Positions 18,508-27,128 of a stretch of DNA of 64,000 nt are shown here, in pieces (positions within the stretch are counted from its first letter, which is position 1; each line of letters begins with the position of its first letter). Origin of the DNA: an uncultured Actinomycetota bacterium (GTDB taxonomy: Bacteria > Actinomycetota > Actinomycetes > Propionibacteriales > Nocardioidaceae). Under the pieces are notes generated by a model, which was given only the letters and a program-made list of their open reading frames with translations, had not been told where the DNA came from and did no database searches. The translations under genes and the position numbers were made by a program. The DNA is taken from NCBI GenBank assembly GCA_963781475.1, contig CAWAGJ010000006.1, forward strand, positions 5,580 through 69,579, in the 5' to 3' direction.

Positions 18508-19800
18508 ATGCAGGTCGACGAGCTGCTCAAGCCGTTCCCGATCAAGGAGTTCCACCCGTTCCCCCGAGCCCTGATGGGCCCGGGGGCGCACGAGATGATC
18601 GGTCCGGAGGCCCTGAAGATGGGCTTCCGCAAGACGCTGGTGATGACGTCCGGCCTGCGCGGCACCGACATCGTCCACAAGATCGTGGAGTCGATGAAGT
18701 ACCACGGCCTCGAGGTGGTGGTCTACGACAAGGTCGAGTCCAACCCCAAGGACTACAACGTCATGGACTCGGTGACGATGTACCAGGAGAACGCCTGCGA
18801 CTCGTTCGTCTCCATCGGCGGCGGCTCCTCGCACGACGCCTGCAAGGGCGCCCGCGTCTCGGTGGCCCACGACGGCCGGAACGTGAACGAGTTCGAGGGC
18901 TTCAACATGTCCGAGAACCCGAAGAACCCGCCGCACATCGCCGTCTCCACGACGGCCGGCACCGGCTCGGAGACGTCCTGGGCCTACGTCATCACCGACA
19001 CCACGACCGACCCCGACAACCCCCACAAGTACGTCGCCTTCGACGACGCCTCGGTGACCTCCCTGGCCATCGACGACCCGGTCCTCTACTTCGACTGCCC
19101 CGTCGACTACACCGCCCAGTGCGGCTTCGACGTGCTGGCCCACGCCAGCGAGCCGTACGTCTCGCGGATCAACTTCGAGCCCTCGCTCGGCAACGCGCTG
19201 CACGCGATCAAGCTGACCAACCAGAGCCTGCGCCAGGCCGTGTGGAACGGCCAGGACCTCGCCGGCCGCGAGGGCATGATGTACGCCCAGTACATCGCCG
19301 CCCAGGCGTTCAACTCCGGCGGGCTCGGGATCATCCACTCGATCTCGCACGCCATCAGCGCCTTCTACGACACCCACCACGGCCTGAACAACGCCATCGC
19401 GCTCCCCCGGGTGTGGGCCTTCAACATGCCCACGCAGTACAAGCGCTTCGCCGACATCGCGCGGGCGATGGACATCGACACCCACGGGATGACCGACGTC
19501 CAGGCTGCCGACGCCGCGCTCGGGGCGGCGATCCGGCTGCTGCGCGACGTGGGCATCACCGAGAAGTTCACCGACGTCAACGCCGACACCTACTCCAAGA
19601 ACCGTCTCGGTCAGGGGCCCACGAAGTACTACGAGAACGCCGGCACCATCAGCGGTGACGGGGCCGACGTCGACCGGATCACCCACCACGTCCTCGGCGA
19701 CGCCTGCACCCCGGGCAACGCCAAGGAGTGCACCTTCGAGACCGTGCGGCCCGTGGTCGACCACTGCATGAACGGCGACCTGGACGACCTGCTCGGCTGA
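18508..19800 (+). CDS. mno: NDMA-dependent (mycofactocin-linked) methanol/alcohol dehydrogenase, type III ADH
   Basis: ATG at 18508, 7 nt after AGGAGG. PIKEFHPFPRALMG, YDKVESNPKDYNV, GGGSSHDA.KGARV, STTAGTGSETSWAYVITD, SGGLGIIHSISHA and HHGLNNAIALPRVW closely track Mno/ThcE-type enzymes. Confidence 0.92.
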   Translation: MQVDELLKPFPIKEFHPFPRALMGPGAHEMIGPEALKMGFRKTLVMTSGLRGTDIVHKIVESMKYHGLEVVVYDKVESNPKDYNVMDSVTMYQENACDSFVSIGGGSSHDACKGARVSVAHDGRNVNEFEGFNMSENPKNPPHIAVSTTAGTGSETSWAYVITDTTTDPDNPHKYVAFDDASVTSLAIDDPVLYFDCPVDYTAQCGFDVLAHASEPYVSRINFEPSLGNALHAIKLTNQSLRQAVWNGQDLAGREGMMYAQYIAAQAFNSGGLGIIHSISHAISAFYDTHHGLNNAIALPRVWAFNMPTQYKRFADIARAMDIDTHGMTDVQAADAALGAAIRLLRDVGITEKFTDVNADTYSKNRLGQGPTKYYENAGTISGDGADVDRITHHVLGDACTPGNAKECTFETVRPVVDHCMNGDLDDLLG

Positions 19801-19831
19801 ACCACCCCTCCCCCCGGGGCGGTCGCCCGCG

Positions 19832-19870
19832 GGCCGGTCGTACCTCCGCACGTGCGGGGTACGACCGGCC
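19832..19870 (+). terminator. intercistronic stem-loop after mno (attenuator or mRNA-stabilising hairpin)
   Basis: GGCCGGTCGTACC-TCCGCACGTGCGGG-GTACGACCGGCC. 13-bp outer stem plus the inner palindrome CCGCACGTGCGG. 32 nt after the mno stop and 79 nt before the moxR-like start. Confidence 0.55.
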
Positions 19871-19948
19871 TCGCGGGCTCGACCCGGTCACCACCCCGCC
19901 ACCGCGCTGGATCGACCACCCGCCACCCACCACCCACCGGAGCTGACG

Positions 19949-21148
19949 TTGACCCTCGCCGCCCCCGAACCCGACTTCGCCGACGTCGCCGACACCAAGG
20001 CCCGCTTCGCCGAGCACGGCTACCTCGTCGACGACCGGCTGGCCACCACGGTGTTCCTGCAGACCCGGCTCGAGAAGCCGGTGCTGCTCGAGGGTCCTGC
20101 CGGGGTCGGCAAGACGCAGCTCGCGCTCAGCCTGGCCCAGGCCACCGGCCGCAGGCTGCTGCGGCTGCAGTGCTACGAGGGCCAGGACGAGACCAAGGCG
20201 CTCTACGAGTGGGACTACGGCAAGCAGCTGCTCTACACCCAGATCCTGCGGGAGAAGATCGGCCAGGTCGTCGCCGACACCAGCACCCTCGCCGAGGCCG
20301 TCGACAAGATCGCGGCCCAGGACTCGGTGTTCTTCTCCGAGCGGTTCCTGGCCCCCCGCCCCCTGCTCGAGGCGATCGACTCCGACCAGCCCTGCGTGCT
20401 GCTCATCGACGAGGTCGACCGGGCCGACGAGGCGCTCGAGGCGGTGCTGCTCGAGCTGCTGGCCGAGTTCCAGATCTCGATCCCGGAGATCGGCACCGTG
20501 GTGGCCAAGCACAAGCCGTACGTGGTGCTGACCTCGAACAACACCCGCGACCTCTCCGCGGCGCTCAAGCGGCGCTGCCTGCACCTGTTCCTGGACTACC
20601 CCGGCGCCCAGCGCGAGCTCGAGATCATCCGCTCCAAGGACACCGGGCTCTCGGAGTCGCTGGCCGTCCGCCTGGTGGGCATCGTCCGGTCCCTGCGCGA
20701 GCTGGAGCTGCGCAAGGCGCCGAGCATCTCCGAGACCATCGACTGGGCCCGCACGCTCGCCGTCCTCGGCGTCGAGGAGCTGACCGCCGAGGTGCTCTCC
20801 TCCACCCTCAACGTCGTGGTCAAGTACGAGCGCGACCTCACCAAGGCGCTGGACGCGATCCCCCGGATGGTCGACCCGAACGCGACCGTGCCCGACTCGC
20901 TGACCGGGCACGGCCACGGCCACGGGCACGGCCACGACGAGGAGCCCGTCACACCGGCCCCCCGGCGTACGCCCCCGGCCGACGACGGCGACGTGGACGG
21001 CAGGGCCAGGCGGGCCGCGAAGGACCAGCCCGGCCGTCACGACCTCGGCTACAACGGGCAGCAGACCAAGCCCACCGGCGGCGCGTCGAAGAAGGTCTCG
21101 AGCAGCCAGGGGTCCCGCTCGTTCCCGACCCGCCGCCGCCCGGTCTGA
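19949..21148 (+). CDS. MoxR/CoxD-like AAA+ ATPase with His-Gly repeat and disordered C-terminal tail
   Basis: ORF 19949..21148 with TTG start. Walker A GPAGVGKT, Walker B LLIDEVDRA, and the CoxD-like RLQCYEGQDE..ALYEWDY. The tail contains GHGHGHGHGH. Confidence 0.88.
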   Translation: MTLAAPEPDFADVADTKARFAEHGYLVDDRLATTVFLQTRLEKPVLLEGPAGVGKTQLALSLAQATGRRLLRLQCYEGQDETKALYEWDYGKQLLYTQILREKIGQVVADTSTLAEAVDKIAAQDSVFFSERFLAPRPLLEAIDSDQPCVLLIDEVDRADEALEAVLLELLAEFQISIPEIGTVVAKHKPYVVLTSNNTRDLSAALKRRCLHLFLDYPGAQRELEIIRSKDTGLSESLAVRLVGIVRSLRELELRKAPSISETIDWARTLAVLGVEELTAEVLSSTLNVVVKYERDLTKALDAIPRMVDPNATVPDSLTGHGHGHGHGHDEEPVTPAPRRTPPADDGDVDGRARRAAKDQPGRHDLGYNGQQTKPTGGASKKVSSSQGSRSFPTRRRPV

Positions 21149-21160
21149 GGGGGCCGGGTC

Positions 21161-22711
21161 GTGGAGGGCGCCCTGCACCGGTTCGTCCGCCTGCTGCGCC
21201 TGCACGGCGTCCGGGTCAGCACCGCCGAGGTGATCGACGCCATGCACGCCGTCGCCCAGCCCAGCATCCTGGAGGACCGGGGCGTGCTGCACGCCGCGCT
21301 CGCGGTGAGCCTGGTCAAGGACCGCCGCGACCAGGAGGTCTTCGACGACGTCTTCGCCAAGTTCTTCGGCCTGCGGGCGGTCGTCGAGGACGAGACCGGG
21401 CACGGCCACGGCCACGCGCACGACGACCTCACCGACGACGGGGACCTGCACGACTTCACGCTCTCCGAGGAGCCCGGCGACGTCCCCGAGGACGGGCACT
21501 CGCACGGCAAGCCCGACGACATCAAGGAGTTCTTCAAGCCCGAGGACATGGCCCAGCAGTTCAACCTGCACCAGGAGGCCAACAAGATCGACGTCGCGGC
21601 GCTCACCGACGAGATCGTGCTGTCCAACGACACCACCGACGAGGCCGGGGAGATGGCCCGGGTGCAGCTCTCCACGAGCCGGATGCACAACCCCGGCAAC
21701 CCCGGCGACCTCGTCTCGGCGCCCGGGCTGCGCCTGGACGTCGAGCTGTCGGTGGCCGAGGAGATCGCGCTGCTGTCGTGGATCGACGAGCGGGTCAACG
21801 AGATCGCCGAGGAGGACACGACCGACGACGAGAAGGGCGCCAGCCTGGCCGCGCTCCGCGAGGCGCTGGCCCCGTGGATGGAGAAGCTGCCCGAGACCCT
21901 GCGCGACCACCTCGAGCGGCTGATGTCGCTGGACCGCGACCTGGAGGGCCGCGAGATCGAGGCCGCGCAGGCCGAGACCGTCGACGAGCGCGAGCGCGCC
22001 GACCTCGAGGAGGCGCTGCGCCGGCTGCTGCGCAGCCTCCACGGAGCACCCCGGCCGCGACGCCGGGCCGCCGCGCGCGGGGTGGTCGACGGGCGGCGCA
22101 CGATGCGCTCGAACATGAAGTACGACGGCGTCCCCTTCCGCCCGGTCACCGTGGCCAAGGTCGAGGACCGGCCCCGCCTGCTCGTGCTCGCCGACGTCTC
22201 GCTGTCGGTGCGCTCGACGGCCCGGTTCACCCTGCACCTGGTCCACAGCCTGCAGTCGGTGGCCTCGTCCGTGCGCAGCTTCGCCTTCGTCCAGGACCTG
22301 GTCGAGATCAGCGACCTGTTCGCCGAGCACCGCATCGAGGACGCGCTGTCGCTGGTGATGGCCGGGCTGCCCGCCGGGGGCGTGCTCGACGTGGACGCCG
22401 ACTCCCACTACGGCTCGGCGTTCGAGACGTTCCTCGAGCAGTTCGGCTCGGTCGTCACCCGCCGGACCACCCTGCTGGTCCTGGGCGACGGCCGCGGGAA
22501 CGGCAACGACCCCGGCCTGCGCGCCTTCGAGGAGCTGACCCGTCGCGCCCGGTCCACGATCTGGCTGACCCCCGAGCCCCGCTACAGCTGGGGCCTGGGC
22601 GGGTGCGACCTGCCGGCGTACGCCGAGCTCTGCGACCGGGTCCAGGTCGTGCGCAACCTGTCCGGGCTGGAGCGGGCCTCGACCTCCCTGCGGGTGACGG
22701 GGGCACCGTGA
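21161..22711 (+). CDS. CoxE-like VWA-domain protein with acidic His-rich insertion
   Basis: ORF 21161..22711. CoxE-type N-terminus (HRFVRLLRLHGVRVSTAEVIDA). Insertion with ETGHGHGHAHDD and EDGHSHGKPDD. C-terminal VWA with MIDAS DVSLSV. Confidence 0.88.
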   Translation: MEGALHRFVRLLRLHGVRVSTAEVIDAMHAVAQPSILEDRGVLHAALAVSLVKDRRDQEVFDDVFAKFFGLRAVVEDETGHGHGHAHDDLTDDGDLHDFTLSEEPGDVPEDGHSHGKPDDIKEFFKPEDMAQQFNLHQEANKIDVAALTDEIVLSNDTTDEAGEMARVQLSTSRMHNPGNPGDLVSAPGLRLDVELSVAEEIALLSWIDERVNEIAEEDTTDDEKGASLAALREALAPWMEKLPETLRDHLERLMSLDRDLEGREIEAAQAETVDERERADLEEALRRLLRSLHGAPRPRRRAAARGVVDGRRTMRSNMKYDGVPFRPVTVAKVEDRPRLLVLADVSLSVRSTARFTLHLVHSLQSVASSVRSFAFVQDLVEISDLFAEHRIEDALSLVMAGLPAGGVLDVDADSHYGSAFETFLEQFGSVVTRRTTLLVLGDGRGNGNDPGLRAFEELTRRARSTIWLTPEPRYSWGLGGCDLPAYAELCDRVQVVRNLSGLERASTSLRVTGAP

Positions 22712-23664
22712 CGCTCGCACCCGGTCCGGTGCCGCCGATCGACCCCCTCGCCCCCGGCCCCCCGGGCGAGCAGGGCGTCTACCGCGACGACGTGGTGGAG
22801 GTGCGGGCGGTCGGTCCGCAGCGTCCGCGCCGGGCGCTGCGCACCGTGCGTACCGCGCACTTCGACCTCGGGGTCCGCGGCGACCTGGTCCACCTCGACC
22901 ACGTGCTGCTGCCCGGGGAGGTCGACGACGACCTGGCCGGCCTGCTGGCCGCCGAGCTCTTCGGGCCGGGCTGGCTGCGCGGCGCGGACCTCTTCGAGCG
23001 GCTCTTCACCGGGGTGGTGCTCTCGGGGGCCGCGGACCCGCTGACCGCCTGGGAGGGGTTCTACCGCGCGACGATGACGCGGGTCGAGCAGGACGTGGCC
23101 CGCGCCAGGGCGCCGGGAGCCGGGACGGGCGGCGGCGGGTCGGGGCACGGCACGATCGAGGAGTACGCCCCCGTCTACGCCCGCGCCACCGCGCTGGTCG
23201 TCGGGCACGACGTGCTGGAGCTCGGCTCGTGCTTCGGGTTCCTCTCCCTGCGCCTGGCCCGCGCCGGGTGGCGGGTGACCGCCTCCGACGTCTCGGCCGG
23301 CACCGTGGCGCTGCTGGCCAGGGTGGCCGGGCGCCTGGACGTGCCGCTGCGGACCGTGGTCGCGGACGCCGCCCACTACCCCGGCCCGCCCCGCAGCGCG
23401 GACACCGTCCTGGCCCTGCACCTGCTGGAGCACCTCGAGCCCGCGCACGGCGACCGGGTCGTCACCGAGGCGCTGCGCCTGGCGCGCCACCGCGTGGTCG
23501 TCGCGGTCCCCCTCGAGGACGAGGCCGACGAGACCTGGGGGCACGTGCGCACCGTCGGCGTCGCCGACCTGGTCGCCTGGGGCGAGGACGCGGTGCGGGC
23601 CGGCCGCGCCCGGGCGTACACCGTCGACGAGCACCACGGCGGGTGGCTGGTCCTCGACCGCTGA
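22708..23664 (+). CDS. class I SAM-dependent methyltransferase (candidate MftM-type by context only)
   Basis: GTG at 22708 overlaps the VWA stop (GTGA). Frame of ORF 19852..23664. Motif I VLELGSCFGFLS, acidic ASDVS, and post-I/II motifs. Confidence 0.8.
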   Translation: MTLAPGPVPPIDPLAPGPPGEQGVYRDDVVEVRAVGPQRPRRALRTVRTAHFDLGVRGDLVHLDHVLLPGEVDDDLAGLLAAELFGPGWLRGADLFERLFTGVVLSGAADPLTAWEGFYRATMTRVEQDVARARAPGAGTGGGGSGHGTIEEYAPVYARATALVVGHDVLELGSCFGFLSLRLARAGWRVTASDVSAGTVALLARVAGRLDVPLRTVVADAAHYPGPPRSADTVLALHLLEHLEPAHGDRVVTEALRLARHRVVVAVPLEDEADETWGHVRTVGVADLVAWGEDAVRAGRARAYTVDEHHGGWLVLDR

Positions 23665-23701
23665 GGGGGCTCTGTCGGGTCCTCCACAGGGGTACGTCGC
23701 G

Positions 23702-23756
23702 CGTTGTCACCGCTCGCAGGTCCGTGACCGTGATGAGGATGCGTGCGGTGACAACG
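23702..23756 (+). terminator. nested inverted repeat after the methyltransferase gene
   Basis: Perfect 12-bp arms CGTTGTCACCGC (23702-23713) and GCGGTGACAACG (23745-23756). These are flanked by the outer arms CCACAGGG (23684-) and CCCTGTGG (23767-). Confidence 0.45.
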
Positions 23757-23816
23757 TGCCCGGGGTCCCTGTGGACGACGCCGGACACGCCGTCCCCGGA
23801 CCCGGCAGGCTCCGGG

Positions 23817-24868
23817 ATGCACCGCTGGGACCCCCGCTGTCCGCCCCGGCGCGACGTCGTCCACCCGGTCGCGGTCGACCCCACGGGCCGGACGGGCCCG
23901 ACGAGGGGCAGGCGGCCGGGCCGGGCTGGCGCCGGACGTCCCGGGGCCTGTTCGTCCCGAGCGCCGTCGGCGACGGCCTCCCCGAGCAGCGCGTCCTGAG
24001 CAGGCCGCACGGTTGCCGGCCGGGGGCGCGGTGACGGGCTGGGCGGCCTGCCGCCTGTGGGGCGGCACCTTCTTCGACGGGCTCGCACCCGATGGGCGCA
24101 CCCGCCTGCCGGTGCCCCTCGACCTCGGCCCGACCGGCTTCGCTCGCGCCGGGCCGGGCGTCCTGGTCGTCCGGTACCCGGCTCGGGCCCGGATCAGGTC
24201 GTCGGGGACCCGGTCCCGCGGACGCTCCGCGCGACCGCGCGGTCGTCGACGCGATGCGGCTGGCCCCCGACCTGGTCGAGGCGGTGGTCGCGGCCGACAT
24301 GGCGATGGCCGCTCGATCAGCAGCCCCGTGCGCCTCGCCCGCGGAGCTGCGGGCCGGCTGCGGCGCTGCCCGGGGTCCGCAGGCCAGGGCGCGATGCGGC
24401 GTCCTGGCCTGCGAGCACAGCCGCTCCCCGGCGGAGACGCGGGTCCGGCTGCTCGCCGTCGCGGGGGCGGGCTGCCCCGGACATCCGTCGTGGTCAACTG
24501 CGTCGGTGCGGGACCGGCCGGGTCGTCTGCTCGGGGTCGCCGACCTGCTCGACCTCGAGGCGGGCCTCGTGGTCGAGTACGACGGCGCGGAGCACCGAGC
24601 GAGGGCCTGCGTCAGGCGCGAGACGCCGTCAAGGAGCGAGGACCTCCGCGACGTGGGGCTGGAGGTCACCCGCGTCACCGGCCGGGACATGCGGGACCCG
24701 ACCTGGTGGTGGACCGCCTGGTCCGGGCCCGCGACCGGGCACGTCGCCGTCGGGGACCGCCCCGTCCTGGGTCGTGGTGTCCGCCCGACCCTGGGTCGAG
24801 AGCGAGATCGCCGAGCGGGAGGCGTGGTCGCAGTGGCACGACCGCTCGATCCGGAGAACGTGTCATGA
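23817..24868 (+). pseudogene. decayed DUF559/Vsr-like endonuclease-domain gene (multiple frameshifts)
   Basis: Family-typical blocks occur in different frames. VDPTGRTGPTRG is in frame 0 and GPGWRRTSRGLFVP...EQRVL in frame 2. QAARLPAGGAVTGWAACRLWGG...VPLDLGP is in frame 1. LVEAVVAADMAM...SPAETRVRLL...GRLLGVADLLDLEAGLVVEYDGAEHR is in frame 2, and PDLVVDRLVRARDRA in frame 1. Confidence 0.6.
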
Positions 24869-24945
24869 GAAGCAGGTCCTCAGGCCCTCGGAGCCTGCGT
24901 CTCATGACATCTCGGACCGCACCGCCCGTCCGCGCGACGGAGCCC

Positions 24946-25644
24946 CTAGATCACGCCGAGCTTGCTGGCCTCGTAGACCGCCTCGGCGCGGCGGGAGACG
25001 CCCAGCTTGCGCAGGATGTTGCCGACGTGGAACTTCGCGGTCGTCTCGGAGATGAACAGCGACCTGCCGATCTCGCCGTTGGACTGGCCCCGGGCCAGCA
25101 GGGCCATCACCTCGGTCTCGCGGGCGGTCAGCGAGGTGGTGGCCTCCTGGGGCGCGGGGGCGTTCAGGCCGCGCACCATGGCCGCGGCCGAGCGGGGGTC
25201 GAAGGCGCTCTCGCCGCGGGCCACGTCGCGGATGGCGCGGATCAGCCCGGTGGTGTCGACGTCCTTGACCACGTACCCCTTGGCCCCGAGCCGGATCGCG
25301 GTCAGCACCAGCTGCTCGTCGAGGAAGGTGGTCAGCACCAGCACCCGCACCTCCGGGTGCTCGGCGACCAGCTGCGCGCAGAGCTCGAGCCCCTCGGCGT
25401 CGGAGGACGTGGAGAGCTTGAGGTCCAGGAGCACGATCTGGGGGCGGGCGTGGCGCACGACGACCAGCGCCTCGGGCGCGGTGGAGGCCTCGGCCACCAC
25501 GTCGAGGTCGGGCTCGCGGCCGAGGATGGAGCGCAGGCCCTGCCGGACGATCGCGTGGTCGTCGACGAGCATGATCCGCACGGGGTCCGTCGGGGTCTCC
25601 CCGGCGGCGTGGGGTGTGCGGGGTCGGGTCGAGGTGGGGCTCAT
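24946..25644 (-). CDS. two-component response regulator, NarL/LuxR family
   Basis: ORF 24946..25644. Receiver (IMLVDDH...VLLDLKL...) plus LuxR HTH (LTARETEVMALLARGQSNGEIG..LFISETTAKFHVGNILRKLG). The ATG overlaps the kinase stop (ATGA). Confidence 0.93.
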   Translation of the reverse strand: MSPTSTRPRTPHAAGETPTDPVRIMLVDDHAIVRQGLRSILGREPDLDVVAEASTAPEALVVVRHARPQIVLLDLKLSTSSDAEGLELCAQLVAEHPEVRVLVLTTFLDEQLVLTAIRLGAKGYVVKDVDTTGLIRAIRDVARGESAFDPRSAAAMVRGLNAPAPQEATTSLTARETEVMALLARGQSNGEIGRSLFISETTAKFHVGNILRKLGVSRRAEAVYEASKLGVI

Positions 25645-27128
25645 GCGGTGCTCCCTGGGTGGTCGTGCACAGGCGGTACGGCGGGGCGCGCCGTGGCGGG
25701 CGCGGTGGTGTCGAGCAGGCCCGAGATGGTGCCGGCGGTGGCCGGCACGTCGATCGGCAGCGGGACGCGCAGCTCCACCCGGACGCCGCCGAGGCGGGCG
25801 CGGCGGAAGGCGATCCGGCCACCGAGCTCGAGCACGCGGCTCTCGATGTTGGCCAGGCCCCGGTGCCGGCCGCTGGTGTCGGTGCGCTGCACGCGCAGCA
25901 CCCGGCTCAGCGCCGTCGGGTCGCCGCTGCCGTCGTCGGCCACGTGCACCCTCAGCTCGTCGGGGGCGTAGCGCAGCCGCACGACCGCGCGCGTGGCGCG
26001 GGCGTGGGTGGCGGTGTTGAAGAGGGCCTCGGCCACCGCGCGGGCGATCTCGTGGTCGGCGTCGACCGGCAGGCCCTGGACGTCGCCCTCGACCCGGACC
26101 TGGACCTTGAGGTGGCCGCGGTGGTGCTCGGCGACGTCGGCCAGCAGCTCGGGCAGGGTGGAGACGGTGTCGCGGGAGGGCTGGCTGAGGGCGTAGATGG
26201 CCCGGCGCAGCTGCTCGACGGCCTGGGCCGCGAGCTGCTTGGCGGTGGTCACGGAGAGCGTCGCGGCGCCCGCGCCGGACCCCAGCGCGGCCAGCTCGCC
26301 GCGGGCGACCTCGAGCTGCATGCCGGCCGACAGGACGTACTGGGTGACGCTGTCGTGCAGCTCGCGGGCGATCCGGTGCCGCTCGGCGTCGACGATCTCG
26401 CGCTGGTGGGCCAGCAGGAGCCGCTGCTCGACGCGGCGCAGCTCGTCGGTGCGCAGCGCGAGGTCACGGGCCTGGGCCTGCGCCTCGTCGTAGACGCGCT
26501 GGGCACGGCGGTGCAGCGCGACACCGGCCTGGTACTGCTCGGAGGTGTGCAGGGAGACGGCCGCCTGGTTGGCCAGGATCCGCAGCACCGACAGGTCGCT
26601 GGGCTCGGGGTCGACGCTCAGGCCGTGCCGGGCGGCGAGGCTGCCGATCGGGCGGCCCTCCAGCGACATCGGGACCCGGACCCAGCCGGTGTCGTCGGTG
26701 TGGCGGGCGTGCCCGGCACGCACGGCGGACAGCTCGCGGCGTACGGGCGCGGGAAGCAGCCGCTCGTCGTCGACGGGCACCCCGTCGCGGTGCAGGGCCA
26801 GGAAGCGGGGTCGCGCGCCGGGCAGCTGGCCGTCGGCCAGGGCGAGGACGACCCACTCGGCGGAGAGGTGGGAGCCGACCGCGCGGACCACCTCCTCGAG
26901 CAGGCCACGGGGGCCCTGGACGGTGCGCACCAGCGCCCGGGAGATCGAGTCCATCGCGCGCACGGCCTGCTGCAGCCGCTCGTCGGAGCGGACGTAGGCG
27001 CGGTAGTAGGAGCCCTTGCCGGAGCGGACCCCGGTCAGCGTGGCCAGGTCCGGGGGTGGTGGGTCCGGGCGTGGTGGGTCCGGGCGTGGCGGGTCCGACC
27101 AGGGCGGGCCGACCCGCTGCTCGCTCAC
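25641..27128 (-). CDS. GAF-domain sensor histidine kinase (HisKA_3/HATPase_c)
   Basis: 3' part of ORF 25641..28139. GTG at 27128 overlaps the Fe-ADH stop (GTGA). GAF region, H-box ARELHDSVTQ, and ATPase motifs EALFNT...ADDGSG. The N-terminus carries PDPPRPDPPRPDPPPPD. Confidence 0.85.
   Translation of the reverse strand: MSEQRVGPPWSDPPRPDPPRPDPPPPDLATLTGVRSGKGSYYRAYVRSDERLQQAVRAMDSISRALVRTVQGPRGLLEEVVRAVGSHLSAEWVVLALADGQLPGARPRFLALHRDGVPVDDERLLPAPVRRELSAVRAGHARHTDDTGWVRVPMSLEGRPIGSLAARHGLSVDPEPSDLSVLRILANQAAVSLHTSEQYQAGVALHRRAQRVYDEAQAQARDLALRTDELRRVEQRLLLAHQREIVDAERHRIARELHDSVTQYVLSAGMQLEVARGELAALGSGAGAATLSVTTAKQLAAQAVEQLRRAIYALSQPSRDTVSTLPELLADVAEHHRGHLKVQVRVEGDVQGLPVDADHEIARAVAEALFNTATHARATRAVVRLRYAPDELRVHVADDGSGDPTALSRVLRVQRTDTSGRHRGLANIESRVLELGGRIAFRRARLGGVRVELRVPLPIDVPATAGTISGLLDTTAPATARPAVPPVHDHPGSTA
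27057..27101. repeat. 15-bp tandem repeat (about 3 units) inside the kinase 5' end
   Basis: GGTGGGTCCGGGCGT x2, then the diverged GGCGGGTCCGACCAG. Encodes the PDPPR repeats on the minus strand. Confidence 0.8.

Noticed and set aside
15421-23664. Presence of core mycofactocin genes (mftA peptide ending CGVY, mftB, radical-SAM mftC, mftD, mftE) near mno/mftF
   Set aside because: I scanned the small gaps (18381-18507, 19801-19948, 23665-23816) and the ORF list. No ...GVY-terminated small ORF and no CxxxCxxC radical-SAM protein was seen. Only the satellite genes are claimed.
24013-25971. 652-aa ORF spanning the pseudogene and the response-regulator region
   Set aside because: It is a composite. 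The first ~55 codons match one block of the DUF559 family. The remainder is Arg/Gly-rich and antisense to the LuxR regulator and kinase genes.
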